This document shows, in pieces, positions 20,586 through 29,124 of a stretch of 64,000 bases of DNA. The stretch spans positions 1 to 64,000 of the forward strand of contig JAUIAB010000003.1 in NCBI GenBank assembly GCA_030425505.1. The letters are read 5' to 3'. The notes under the pieces are model-generated. The model saw nothing but the letters and a program-made list of their open reading frames with translations. It had not been told where the DNA came from and did not search any database. The translations under genes and the position numbers were made by a program. The DNA is from Bacteroidia bacterium. GTDB taxonomy: Bacteria; Bacteroidota; Bacteroidia; Cytophagales; Flammeovirgaceae. The first letter of the stretch is position 1; every line of letters begins with the position of its first letter.

Positions 20586-22344
20586 CTTTTGTAAGATAAT
20601 TTTTCACAGAGCTCTCTAAGTATTGCATTGGTATTGCCCCCTGATCTAAAATCGCTTTGTGAAATTTGTGCAATCTAAAATCCTTCCCCATTTCCTTTTG
20701 TATTTTTTCTCTTAATGAAAGAATTTCATCTTTAATCACTATTGCTGCTACTGCTCTACCTGGGTAGTTGAGGCACTCTTGAATAAAAAACCCAGCAATT
20801 TCTTGGTTCAAATATACATTCTCCTGTAAAAAAGTCATAGCTCTATCATACTTCCAAGACTTGTAATTCATCCCAATATCTACTATCATTTTACCAAGCT
20901 GTATCAGCTTCCAATGATTTAGCGCATCTACTTCTTCTTTCTTGACTAAAGCACCCTTTTCTTCTATAACTTCTAACGCATAAAAAGCCCAACCTTGATT
21001 CAATTCTGAAAAGTCTATAAAACGCCTAAATGAGGGCACTTTATGATTATTTAACTGATATGTTTTTTGCAAATGCTTTCCTGGAGATACATTAATCAGC
21101 CACCAAATTTTCCAGTACTCAGGTGGAAAAGCTTCAAAATAGGCTCGATTATAATATAGAACTGCTTTTCTGGTTCTATTAATGTTTAATGGAAAATAGT
21201 AAAATGCAGAAACTGTTTCTTGTATGGGGAAAGGTTTTATCTGAATATTAGAAAGACTATACGACGGTAAGCCTATTGAAAACCGTAAAAACTTATCTGT
21301 CATTAGCTTCTTAAAAGCTAAGAAGGACTCTTCTATTTTTACTGAATCAAAATTAGCGTTACTTTCTAACTGGTTTGGACTATCCCGCAATTGCTTTTTG
21401 TGAAAATCAATTTCCTTCATCGCTTTTTCAAAAAGTCCATCAGGGTTTGTTTCTGTTACTATTTCAGCATACTCAATTCCAAGCTCTTTTTTTAACAAAT
21501 AAAGAAACAGCCTCTGTTCATTACATTTTTTCCATAAGCCTCCTTCTTTAGTCGCCTGAGGTATTAAAAATTTAAGCTTTTTATCTAAAGTGATATAGTT
21601 TGGGTATAACTTCTCACTAATTATTAAATCAGAAAGATATTTTAACTCACTAAACACTTCATTCGAAATTTCATCTAGTCTACCCAGCTTTTGAATAAAA
21701 TCTTTATATATAAAGTTTTGCTTTGGCTCTACAGAGGTAAAAAACTCGATTTCTTTTTGCATCATTTGTAATGCCTCAACAGGCATTATTATGCCATGAG
21801 ATGTTGAAGAGTCTATTTCTGCTATTGCTTTTTCTATTAAAAAGGAAAAATGATTTAATTGATGAACATACCTATAGGCATCTTTTATGTTTTTTATTCC
21901 CAGTGCATTTTCAAAGAAAAGTGGTAAGCTAATATGAACACCATCTATTGGGTTCAAAGGGTATTCAAACTCCTTTATTTGACTTTCATAAACTTTATCT
22001 TCCAGAAAATACTGTAATGTTTTAAAGGACAGTTGCTTTTCAAAGTTTGCACTTTTTAATGGGTATGAAGTTAACGTCTTATACTGTTGGTTAGCCTTTT
22101 CAAATTGAGATACACTGTTTTTTTTGCTCTGGTAATGCTGTTCAATATCCAGATCTACGTGAACGTGTAAATCATCTAACCACCCTGTAGTTATCAAAAG
22201 ATTATGATTTTCTTCTAAATGTTCTATAAACCATTTTTCAAAAAAAATAGTAAGAGTAAATGGCTTAAACCATATCGTATTTGCTAGCCAACCTAAAAAT
22301 AGGATGACTGCAATTATAAATACTCGTTTTATCCATTTAAGCAT
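20575..22344 (-). CDS. DUF885-family protein with N-terminal membrane anchor
   Basis: 589 aa. The C-terminal region (FRLHKFHKAILDQGAIPMQYLES) is the conserved DUF885 tail, and there is an N-terminal TM helix. Confidence 0.5.
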   Translation of the reverse strand: MLKWIKRVFIIAVILFLGWLANTIWFKPFTLTIFFEKWFIEHLEENHNLLITTGWLDDLHVHVDLDIEQHYQSKKNSVSQFEKANQQYKTLTSYPLKSANFEKQLSFKTLQYFLEDKVYESQIKEFEYPLNPIDGVHISLPLFFENALGIKNIKDAYRYVHQLNHFSFLIEKAIAEIDSSTSHGIIMPVEALQMMQKEIEFFTSVEPKQNFIYKDFIQKLGRLDEISNEVFSELKYLSDLIISEKLYPNYITLDKKLKFLIPQATKEGGLWKKCNEQRLFLYLLKKELGIEYAEIVTETNPDGLFEKAMKEIDFHKKQLRDSPNQLESNANFDSVKIEESFLAFKKLMTDKFLRFSIGLPSYSLSNIQIKPFPIQETVSAFYYFPLNINRTRKAVLYYNRAYFEAFPPEYWKIWWLINVSPGKHLQKTYQLNNHKVPSFRRFIDFSELNQGWAFYALEVIEEKGALVKKEEVDALNHWKLIQLGKMIVDIGMNYKSWKYDRAMTFLQENVYLNQEIAGFFIQECLNYPGRAVAAIVIKDEILSLREKIQKEMGKDFRLHKFHKAILDQGAIPMQYLESSVKNYLTKDGN

Positions 22345-22528
22345 ATCGTATCAATGAAACCCTGCAAGATAATAACTATTATAACTATTAATGATCATTG
22401 AAACTCAATTTCATAAGCATTTAAAAATCAATATCTGAAACTACTTTTTTTCTCCCCTAATTCTTATTTTACCTTCTATTTTAACTTATTACTATTACAT
22501 TAAAAAGGAATAAAAAATGTAATTACTT

Positions 22529-24631
22529 TTGCTACAGATGTTGCTAAGTTTTTTTGATAGTTTTTCCATTTGGTCTTTGCTCATAAGCTTACTTATTTCT
22601 ATTTCTTTAGCTTTAGTACAATACCGTAAGCAAACTAATAAATCCTGGAAGTTTAAACTCCTTTTAGGGATAAAAAGCATAATCTTATTTATCCTTATTC
22701 TTATATTATGTAACCCTCTACTTTTACAACTTAAGGCTAAAAAAATAAAACCTACTATAGCTTTTGCGATAGATAACTCTAAGTCTATACCACAACGGAT
22801 TTCACTAGATTCTATAGCTAAAATTGTTAAGATCTTAGATGCATCTACCAAATCTCTGGCTGAAAAAGGCTATAATGTTGTAGTACATTCTCTAAGTACT
22901 CTTGATAGTTCTTCCAAGGATACTCAAAGCTTATTATTTGATCACACTCAGACAGATTTAAATAATGCTATACAATATTTAACTCAGTTGTACGAATCAG
23001 ATGATTTAAGTGGCATTGTCTTAGTTTCTGATGGTGTCCACAATGCAGGCATTTCACCCATTTATCAAAAATATAGCACCCCAATTTATAGCGTAGGCAT
23101 CGGAGATACTTCCTCAATTATAGACGCCTCTATCTTAGAGGTTAATTATAACAAATATGTTTATTCCGAAAGCATGTTTCCTATAGAGGTAGAAATAAAA
23201 AGTAATGGATTCTCTAACAAGATAGGTAATATTGCATTGTTTTCGAATGGCAAGAAAGTTTCTGAAAAAAAAGTAGACTTTTCTTCTTCAGGCTTTAATT
23301 CTGTACTTTTTAACACTACATCAGCAAAATCAGGAGTAAATAAATATCAGGTTATTTTAGAAGAAGTGCCCGGTGAGTTTACACTTAATAATAATAATAC
23401 TTCCTTTTTTGTAAATGTAATTGATGATAAAAAAAAAGTTTTAATTTTGGCAAACCACCCCCACCCTGATATTAAAGCTATAAAGCAATCTCTCGAAAAA
23501 AAGAAATCATTAGATGTTGACATAAAAACATTATACATTGGTGAGATATTAAATAAGAAGGAGATAGCAAAATTTGATCTGATCATATTGCATGATCTAC
23601 CAGGTTTTGAAACAACTAATTCCCAAGCACGTATTTCTAAATCTTTAGAAAATTACAAAGGCGCTAAGTGGTTTATTTTAGGAAGAGGCACTAATCTAAA
23701 AGATTTTTCTACTTTTAATTCTCTTTTGAATGTAAGCAATGCATACTATAACTACCCGTTGGAGTCTTATCCTATTTTTGAGCCTAGCTTTAAACGATTC
23801 TCTTTTGACACTAACCCAAATGAGATTTTAGAACTTTTTCCTCCACTTCAAATTCCAACAGGTACGTTTTCATTAGCACTTAATGCCGATATCTTATTTT
23901 ACCAAAAGTTTGGCAATGCTGAAAAAAAACTACCTCTCATGGCTCTTAGCAGCTTCTCTAATAGTAAAGAAGCTATTTGGCTGGGAGAAGGTATGTGGCA
24001 GTGGAAAATGCAAGAGTTCTTAAAAAACAAGAATAGTGACTTCTTTGATGAACTGGTGAATAAAACAGTACTCTATTTGACCTCAAAAGAAAATAAAAGT
24101 AAGCTACGAGTTGAGCCTGTTAAGGATGTTTTTTTGAATAATAACTCTATTGTTTTTGATGTTTCGACTTATGATGACCTTTACAAGGAAATCTTTGACC
24201 AGAAAATTAGTTTGAAGGTTCAAAATTCAACTGGAAAAGTTTACTCTTATGACTTTATTAATTACACTAACCAATTTAAAATCACAAGCTTACCAGAAGA
24301 TACATATCGTTTCATAGCCACAAGTGTCATTAATAATAAGCGGGAAAAATCTACAGGAGGTTTTTCTGTGCAAAATATTGATTTTGAGTCTATCAATCTA
24401 CAAGCAGATCATAATCTTTTGAGAATCGTGTCTAATAATAGTGGAGGACAATTTTATTCTATTACTGATATTAACTCACTTGAAAAGTACTTATCGAAAA
24501 ATAAGCCAACAGAAAATGTATATGAAGAAAAAGAACTAAGTACTATCATTGATTTTAAGATTTTACTTTTTTTGATTATTGTGCTAGCAGGTATTGAATG
24601 GACTCTTAGAAAAAGATCTGGGCTTTATTAA
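22529..24631 (+). CDS. N-terminal double-transmembrane (BatA-like) protein with vWA-like domain and C-terminal TM anchor
   Basis: 700 aa. Two N-terminal TM helices are followed by IAFAIDNSKSI (vWA D-x-S-x-S MIDAS start). There is a C-terminal TM (ILLFLIIVLAGI). Confidence 0.55.
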   Translation: MLQMLLSFFDSFSIWSLLISLLISISLALVQYRKQTNKSWKFKLLLGIKSIILFILILILCNPLLLQLKAKKIKPTIAFAIDNSKSIPQRISLDSIAKIVKILDASTKSLAEKGYNVVVHSLSTLDSSSKDTQSLLFDHTQTDLNNAIQYLTQLYESDDLSGIVLVSDGVHNAGISPIYQKYSTPIYSVGIGDTSSIIDASILEVNYNKYVYSESMFPIEVEIKSNGFSNKIGNIALFSNGKKVSEKKVDFSSSGFNSVLFNTTSAKSGVNKYQVILEEVPGEFTLNNNNTSFFVNVIDDKKKVLILANHPHPDIKAIKQSLEKKKSLDVDIKTLYIGEILNKKEIAKFDLIILHDLPGFETTNSQARISKSLENYKGAKWFILGRGTNLKDFSTFNSLLNVSNAYYNYPLESYPIFEPSFKRFSFDTNPNEILELFPPLQIPTGTFSLALNADILFYQKFGNAEKKLPLMALSSFSNSKEAIWLGEGMWQWKMQEFLKNKNSDFFDELVNKTVLYLTSKENKSKLRVEPVKDVFLNNNSIVFDVSTYDDLYKEIFDQKISLKVQNSTGKVYSYDFINYTNQFKITSLPEDTYRFIATSVINNKREKSTGGFSVQNIDFESINLQADHNLLRIVSNNSGGQFYSITDINSLEKYLSKNKPTENVYEEKELSTIIDFKILLFLIIVLAGIEWTLRKRSGLY

Positions 24632-24699
24632 AGGAAGCTTTTTAAAGTTTTAGTTTTTAAAATGATCTAAAACGTTCTTTTGCATAAAGAATTACAAGA

Positions 24700-24861
24700 A
24701 TGAGCGAAATTATTTTTATAGTTGAAGAATCTCCTGAAGGAGGGTTTGAAGCAAAGGCTTTAGGACACTCAATTTTTACGAAAGGAGACACTATTGAAGA
24801 AGTTAAAATAATGTTAGAGAAGCCGTTCGCTGCCATTTTGATAGAGAAACCCCTAAAATAA
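24700..24861 (+). CDS. hicB: HicB-family (UPF0150) type II antitoxin, short form
   Basis: The 53-aa ORF MSEIIFIVEESPEGGFEAKALGHSIFTKGDTIEEVKIMLEKPFAAILIEKPLK matches the HicB N-terminal fold consensus (...E.DGG.....P.LPGC.TQGDTLEEA..N..EA). Confidence 0.55.
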   Translation: MSEIIFIVEESPEGGFEAKALGHSIFTKGDTIEEVKIMLEKPFAAILIEKPLK

Positions 24862-24898
24862 TTAGGCTACACTACGTAAAAGAAGAAGTGCTAGCAGC

Positions 24899-25146
24899 AT
24901 GAAATTACCTAGAAATTTATCTGGAAAAGAGCTAATTAAAAAAGTTGAAAAATACGGCTATAAAACCACTCGTCAAATAGGTAGTCATATTCGATTAACA
25001 ACTGAAGATGAAGGAAAACACCATATTAAATACCAGCTCGCAAGCCATTAAAAGTGGGAACTCTATCTAATATTTTAAAAGAAATAGCGACCCATTTTAA
25101 TAAAACAAAGGATGATATTGTAGCTGAGCTTTTCACAGAACTATAG
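24899..25146 (+). pseudogene. hicA: HicA-family mRNA interferase toxin gene, disrupted by a frameshift at ~25028-25030
   Basis: Frame 1 gives MKLPRNLSGKELIKKVEKYGYKTTRQIGSHIRLTTEDEGKHHIK... then a stop at 25049. An alternate frame from ~25030 gives IPARKPLKVGTLSNILKEIATHFNKTKDDIVAELFTEL*. Joined, they match the HicA consensus (...GSHxxL....HHITIPxHKPLKxGTLxxILKxxA). The shift falls in an AAA run. Confidence 0.55.
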
Positions 25147-25396
25147 TGAACATATTTTTACTTAAACAAACCTAAAATTTCCACCTATTTTTTGAGTATA
25201 TTGATGTATACACTATTTTGCATGTAAATACCATAGTATTGGTATAAAGATCTTCCCTGGCTGACTGATAAATCAGCTGGAAGCGCGAAAAAAGTGGAGG
25301 GTAAAGTCCTGATGAGAGTTTCGAAAAAGCTCCATAGTATTGATCTGGTTAGACTCAATATGCTACTTTGCTTAGAAGCTGTTTTTCTTAATCCAT

Positions 25397-25427
25397 AGGT
25401 TGAGGGTTCGAATCCCTCTTGTATACT
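25397..25427 (+). other. tRNA-derived fragment: T-arm plus 3' acceptor strand without a foldable 5' part
   Basis: GAGGG-TTCGAAT-CCCTC T-arm followed by TTGTATAC. I could not fold the upstream 80 nt into D or anticodon arms. Confidence 0.35.
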
Positions 25428-25435
25428 ATGTATAT

Positions 25436-25498
25436 AATAGCTCAATTGGTTAGAGCGATGGGCTTGTTCTCGTGGGTTCGAATCCCACTTTCTCCACT
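25436..25498 (+). other. tRNA-like remnant: canonical D-arm joined almost directly to a T-arm and 3' acceptor strand, with no anticodon arm
   Basis: TAGCTCAATTGGTTAGAGC (D-arm), 15 nt, GTGGG-TTCGAAT-CCCAC (T-arm), then TTTCTCC-A. The 5' acceptor complement is absent at the expected position. Confidence 0.4.
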
Positions 25499-25499
25499 A

Positions 25500-25545
25500 T
25501 GGGGAAATGGCGGAGTGGTCAAACGCGATAGATTCAAAATCTATG
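25500..25545 (+). other. 5' half of a tRNA-Leu(CAA)-like gene (acceptor 5' strand, D-arm, anticodon arm) with no downstream variable arm or T-arm
   Basis: GGGGAAA-TG-GCG-GAGTGGTCAAA-CGC-G-ATAGA-TTCAAAA-TCTAT gives a type-II-like D-loop and anticodon loop U33-CAA-A37. GGGGAAA is complementary (with G-U) to the TTTCTCC located 3 nt upstream. Confidence 0.4.
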
Positions 25546-25787
25546 AACTCACCCCGATTAGGTGATCAGAAGAAGGCTAACTTCTAAAAATAGCCACCAT
25601 AAAAACAGAAGAGGTAAAGCCTGCTTTTTACTACACATGTAGCATTAAGCAGTCTTGAAAAAGCTTCGAAGTTAAAGGGATACCGTAAGGTGGAACGGTT
25701 TACTTTTTTTAGTACTGTTGGAAGTATAGTTAAGCTTTTGCCTAACTACATTAAAAACAGATATTTAAAAAACTACTCCACGAAACT

Positions 25788-26981
25788 TTGCTCAACTTTA
25801 GTTCCGTTTTTGATAAGATGGTTTTACTTCTATCTGTTTTTTCTAAGGAGAAAAAAAATGTATTAACGCATAAACACATGAAAAAGATAAAAATTGCAAC
25901 AGGAAAGGTAGGGTTAGTTTTTAATAAAGGTGTATATAAGAAAGTAATAGAAGAAGGAAGCCACTGGATAGGTTTTGGGGATGAAGTTAAAGAATACAAC
26001 TTAAGAACTAGTCTTGCCACAGATTTTGGCATTGAGTTATTGATAGAAAAAGATAAAAAATTAGCAGACTTAATTGAGATTGTAATCATAGAAGATCATG
26101 AAATAGCTTTACGATTTGACTCTGGAATATTTCAATATGTTTTAATACCAGGTAAGTACGTTTTTTGGAAGAGAGTAGTAAAGCGAGAGTTTGTCAAAAT
26201 AGATTTGAATAAAATTGAAATAACAGAAAACATAAAGCCCAAACTACTAAAGCACCCTTCTTTATTGCCCTACATTAGAGCTTATACTATTCAATCGTAT
26301 GAAAAAGGAATACTTTTCATTAATGGGAAATATGAAAAGATATTAGAAGAAGGAAGCTATAATTTTTGGAGTAACCATATCCCAATAGAAGTTTTAAAAG
26401 CGGATATGAGACAACAGCAAATGGAAGTATCTGGGCAGGAAATTCTCACAAAAGATAAAGCTACCATTCGAATAAATTTTTATGCCATATATCAGGTTAA
26501 TGACATTAATAAAGCCTTAAGAGAAAATAAAGATTATGAAAAGCAGCTCTATACTCTTTTCCAATTAGCCTTAAGAGAGTTTATTGGAACGCAGACTTTA
26601 GATGAGATGCTGAATAATAAAGAAGCTGCTTCTAGTTACGTAATAGATGGACTCAAAAGTAAAATTGAGGATCTGGGAGTTGAAGTAAAGCGCTGCGGGA
26701 TTAGAGATATTATTCTTCCTGGAGACGTGAAAGAAATAATGAACCAAGTATTAATTGCTCAAAAAAAGGCTGAAGCAAATGTTATTACCAGAAGGGAAGA
26801 AACTGCCTCTACAAGAAGCTTGCTTAATACTGCCAAACTCATGGAAGATAATGAGATGCTCTTTAAATTAAAAGAAATGGAGTATGTAGAAAAGATTGCA
26901 GAGAAAATAAATAGCATTTCTGTATCTGGTGGAGGACAAATAGTCGATCAACTTAAAGAAATATTCGTTCAAAAGAAGTAA
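25788..26981 (+). CDS. SPFH/band-7 (stomatin/slipin-like) domain protein with ~170-aa N-terminal extension. The true start may be the internal Met at ~25878 (MKKIKIATGK).
   Basis: 397-aa ORF. The C-terminal half has the SPFH pattern (TKDKATIRINFYAIYQV...TLDEML...IEDLGVEVKRCGIRDIILPGDVKEIMNQV...AEANVI). No NfeD partner is adjacent. Confidence 0.6.
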   Translation: MLNFSSVFDKMVLLLSVFSKEKKNVLTHKHMKKIKIATGKVGLVFNKGVYKKVIEEGSHWIGFGDEVKEYNLRTSLATDFGIELLIEKDKKLADLIEIVIIEDHEIALRFDSGIFQYVLIPGKYVFWKRVVKREFVKIDLNKIEITENIKPKLLKHPSLLPYIRAYTIQSYEKGILFINGKYEKILEEGSYNFWSNHIPIEVLKADMRQQQMEVSGQEILTKDKATIRINFYAIYQVNDINKALRENKDYEKQLYTLFQLALREFIGTQTLDEMLNNKEAASSYVIDGLKSKIEDLGVEVKRCGIRDIILPGDVKEIMNQVLIAQKKAEANVITRREETASTRSLLNTAKLMEDNEMLFKLKEMEYVEKIAEKINSISVSGGGQIVDQLKEIFVQKK

Positions 26982-28079
26982 ATGGTCAAAAGGTTTTTTC
27001 TTTTCGTTTTATTCGGATTTTTACTTCTTTCTTCCTGTGACAAGGAAAGTACAGAAGATGAGGTTGAAATAGATGATCCAGTAAGCTCAGACATGTATTT
27101 CCCAGGAAACAATAGTGAAACTTGGGAAGAAGTTAGTACCTCTAAGCTGAACTGGTGTGAAGACGAATTATCCTCTCTAAATACATATCTTGAAGAGAAA
27201 AACACGAAGGCTTTCATAGCACTTGTAAATGGAAGAATAGCTATAGAGTGGTATTTTGGATCATTTGAGCAAGATAGCGCCTGGTACTGGGCATCCGCTG
27301 GCAAGACTATTACTGCACTGTTAGTTGGGTTGGCTCAGCAAGATGGCAGCCTGAGTATTGAAGACAAAACCTCTAACTATTTGGGAAATGGATGGACTTC
27401 TCTTTCGTTAGAAAAAGAAGAACTGATAACCATTAAAGACCAATTGACGATGACTACAGGTTTGGATGACAGAGTACTTCCAAGCCCTGATTGTACAGAT
27501 AAAAGCTGTTTACAATATGCTAGTGATGCAGGAACAAGATGGGCTTACCATAATGCACCCTATACTTTATTAGGAAATGTACTAGAAGCTGCAACTGGCG
27601 TTAGTAGGCAATCTTACACTACTCAAAAGTTAGGTGCTATAGGATTAAGGGGAATTTGGATCAAATTGGACTTTAATGAAGTTTTCTTCAGCAATGCCAG
27701 AAGCATGGCAAGGTTTGGGTTACTCATTTTGAATAGAGGGATTTGGAATGATAATAGGGTTATTAATGAAGGTTATTTTAATAAAATGACTAATAGCTCG
27801 CAAGACCTAAACCCCTCTTACGGCTACTTATGGTGGTTAAATGGAAAAAAGAAACATATGTTACCACAAACTCAAGTAGCTTTCCAAACAGACTTAATTC
27901 CATCTGCTCCAGATGACCTTATTGCAGCTCTTGGCAAAAATGATCAAAAGATTTATGTAGTTCCTTCTAAAAAAATAGTGGTAATACGAATAGGGGATTC
28001 TGCAGAACAGCCTAGATTTGCACTATCTTCTTTTGATAATGAACTGTGGGAGAAGATGGAGGACTTAGAGTGCCATTAA
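26982..28079 (+). CDS. Beta-lactamase-fold serine hydrolase lipoprotein (class C beta-lactamase / esterase family)
   Basis: 365 aa with a lipoprotein signal (LLLSSC) and an S-x-x-K motif (ASAGKTITALLVG) in the beta-lactamase-like position. Confidence 0.65.
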   Translation: MVKRFFLFVLFGFLLLSSCDKESTEDEVEIDDPVSSDMYFPGNNSETWEEVSTSKLNWCEDELSSLNTYLEEKNTKAFIALVNGRIAIEWYFGSFEQDSAWYWASAGKTITALLVGLAQQDGSLSIEDKTSNYLGNGWTSLSLEKEELITIKDQLTMTTGLDDRVLPSPDCTDKSCLQYASDAGTRWAYHNAPYTLLGNVLEAATGVSRQSYTTQKLGAIGLRGIWIKLDFNEVFFSNARSMARFGLLILNRGIWNDNRVINEGYFNKMTNSSQDLNPSYGYLWWLNGKKKHMLPQTQVAFQTDLIPSAPDDLIAALGKNDQKIYVVPSKKIVVIRIGDSAEQPRFALSSFDNELWEKMEDLECH

Positions 28080-28140
28080 GTATACTCTAAAAACACTCTT
28101 TGTTTAATATTGAAGTCATAGTGAGGATATATAAATACTG

Positions 28141-29124
28141 ATGAGTTCTTTTTCTAATGAGGTGAAATATAAGATATTTAAATTTTCTGCTGATGACTTT
28201 GAAGAGTATTGCTTAGAAATTTTTCAATACCAATCCGTTGAAAATGAAGCTTATAAGAATTATCTCAGTAATCTGGGAATCAATAAATCTCAAATTAAAA
28301 AGGTTAGCCAAATCCCTTTTTTACCTATTTCTTTTTTCAAAAAACATAAGGTCATTTGTGGAAACCAGAAAGCAGATTTTTACTTTGAAAGCAGCGGAAC
28401 AACAGGATCTGAAAAAAGCAGACATTTTATTAATGATTTAGACTTCTATAGAGAGGTCTCCATTAAAATATTTGAAAAAAGTTATGGAAACCTTTCTGAC
28501 TTCAAAATACTAGCCCTGCTCCCCTCCTATCTTGAGCGAAAAAATGCTTCTCTTGTATTTATGGTAAAGCAATTCATAAAAAAAGCACATAAAGACTCTG
28601 ATTTTTATTTGGATGAATGGGATAAATTGGAGGAAGTAATAAACTACAGCAATCAAAAGATGCTTTTGCTGGGTGTAACCTTTGCTCTTTTAGATTTTTC
28701 AGAGAAAAAAAGTGTTAGCAACTCACTGCTTACCATTATGGAAACTGGCGGAATGAAGGGCAGAAAGGAGGAGATGATACGTCAAGAGGTGCATCAGAAG
28801 CTAAAGAGTAGCTTTAATGCTAAGCAGATACATTCTGAATATGGAATGACAGAACTTTTATCTCAGAGCTATGCCCCCAATTATGGTATTTTTATCCCTC
28901 CTGCCTGGAAAAAAGTTTTGATACGGCAAACTAATGACCCTTTTTCTCTAGCAGAATATGGTAATGCTGGAGTGATCAAGGTTATTGACTTGGCTAATAT
29001 TGACAGTTGCTGCTTTATAGAAACGCAAGATCTTGGAAGAATAGTTAACCCTACAACAGGCACTTTTGAAGTACTAGGGAGAATGGATAATTCTGAAATG
29101 AGAGGCTGCAATCTTATGGTCTGA
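28141..29124 (+). CDS. Adenylate-forming enzyme of the LuxE acyl-protein synthetase / PaaK-like family
   Basis: 327 aa with FESSGTTGSEKSRHF (TSGTTG-type AMP-binding P-loop of LuxE/PaaK ligases). This is a family-level call only. Confidence 0.45.
   Translation: MSSFSNEVKYKIFKFSADDFEEYCLEIFQYQSVENEAYKNYLSNLGINKSQIKKVSQIPFLPISFFKKHKVICGNQKADFYFESSGTTGSEKSRHFINDLDFYREVSIKIFEKSYGNLSDFKILALLPSYLERKNASLVFMVKQFIKKAHKDSDFYLDEWDKLEEVINYSNQKMLLLGVTFALLDFSEKKSVSNSLLTIMETGGMKGRKEEMIRQEVHQKLKSSFNAKQIHSEYGMTELLSQSYAPNYGIFIPPAWKKVLIRQTNDPFSLAEYGNAGVIKVIDLANIDSCCFIETQDLGRIVNPTTGTFEVLGRMDNSEMRGCNLMV

Noticed and set aside
25303-25330. Hammerhead-ribozyme-like core CUGAUGAG...CGAAA in GTCCTGATGAGAGTTTCGAAAAAGC.
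   Set aside because: Only 5 nt lie between CUGAUGAG and CGAAA, so stem II cannot form. This is a chance match.
25285-25345. RNase P RNA-like sequence: GGAGGGTAAAGTCC...GCTCCATAG, preceded by a strong hairpin (25250-25283), resembles the P3 hairpin plus the GGAGGAAAGUCCGGGCUCCAUAG (P4/CR-I) region of bacterial RNase P RNA.
   Set aside because: The P4 strand is interrupted by a 19-nt insertion. None of the other universally conserved blocks (GGUAACGCC, A-rich CR-II/III, ACAGAAACCGGCUUA) are present. Only ~300 nt of non-coding sequence is available, and it is occupied by tRNA-like pieces. Likely chance similarity. cmsearch with RF00010 should still be run.
25185-25445. 86-aa minus-strand ORF spanning the tRNA-like region.
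   Set aside because: It overlaps the structured tRNA-derived sequences on the opposite strand, which makes it an ORF artefact.
25296-25500. tmRNA (ssrA), possibly two-piece or permuted, suggested by the ...GGGTTCGAATCCCAC-TTTCTCCAC 3' end and the GGGG 5' end directly downstream.
   Set aside because: No tag-peptide reading frame ending in a hydrophobic (A/V)-A-A stop could be found in any frame. The region is too short for the pseudoknot series. The GGGG-initiated piece has a full D-arm and a Leu anticodon arm, unlike a tmRNA tRNA-like domain.
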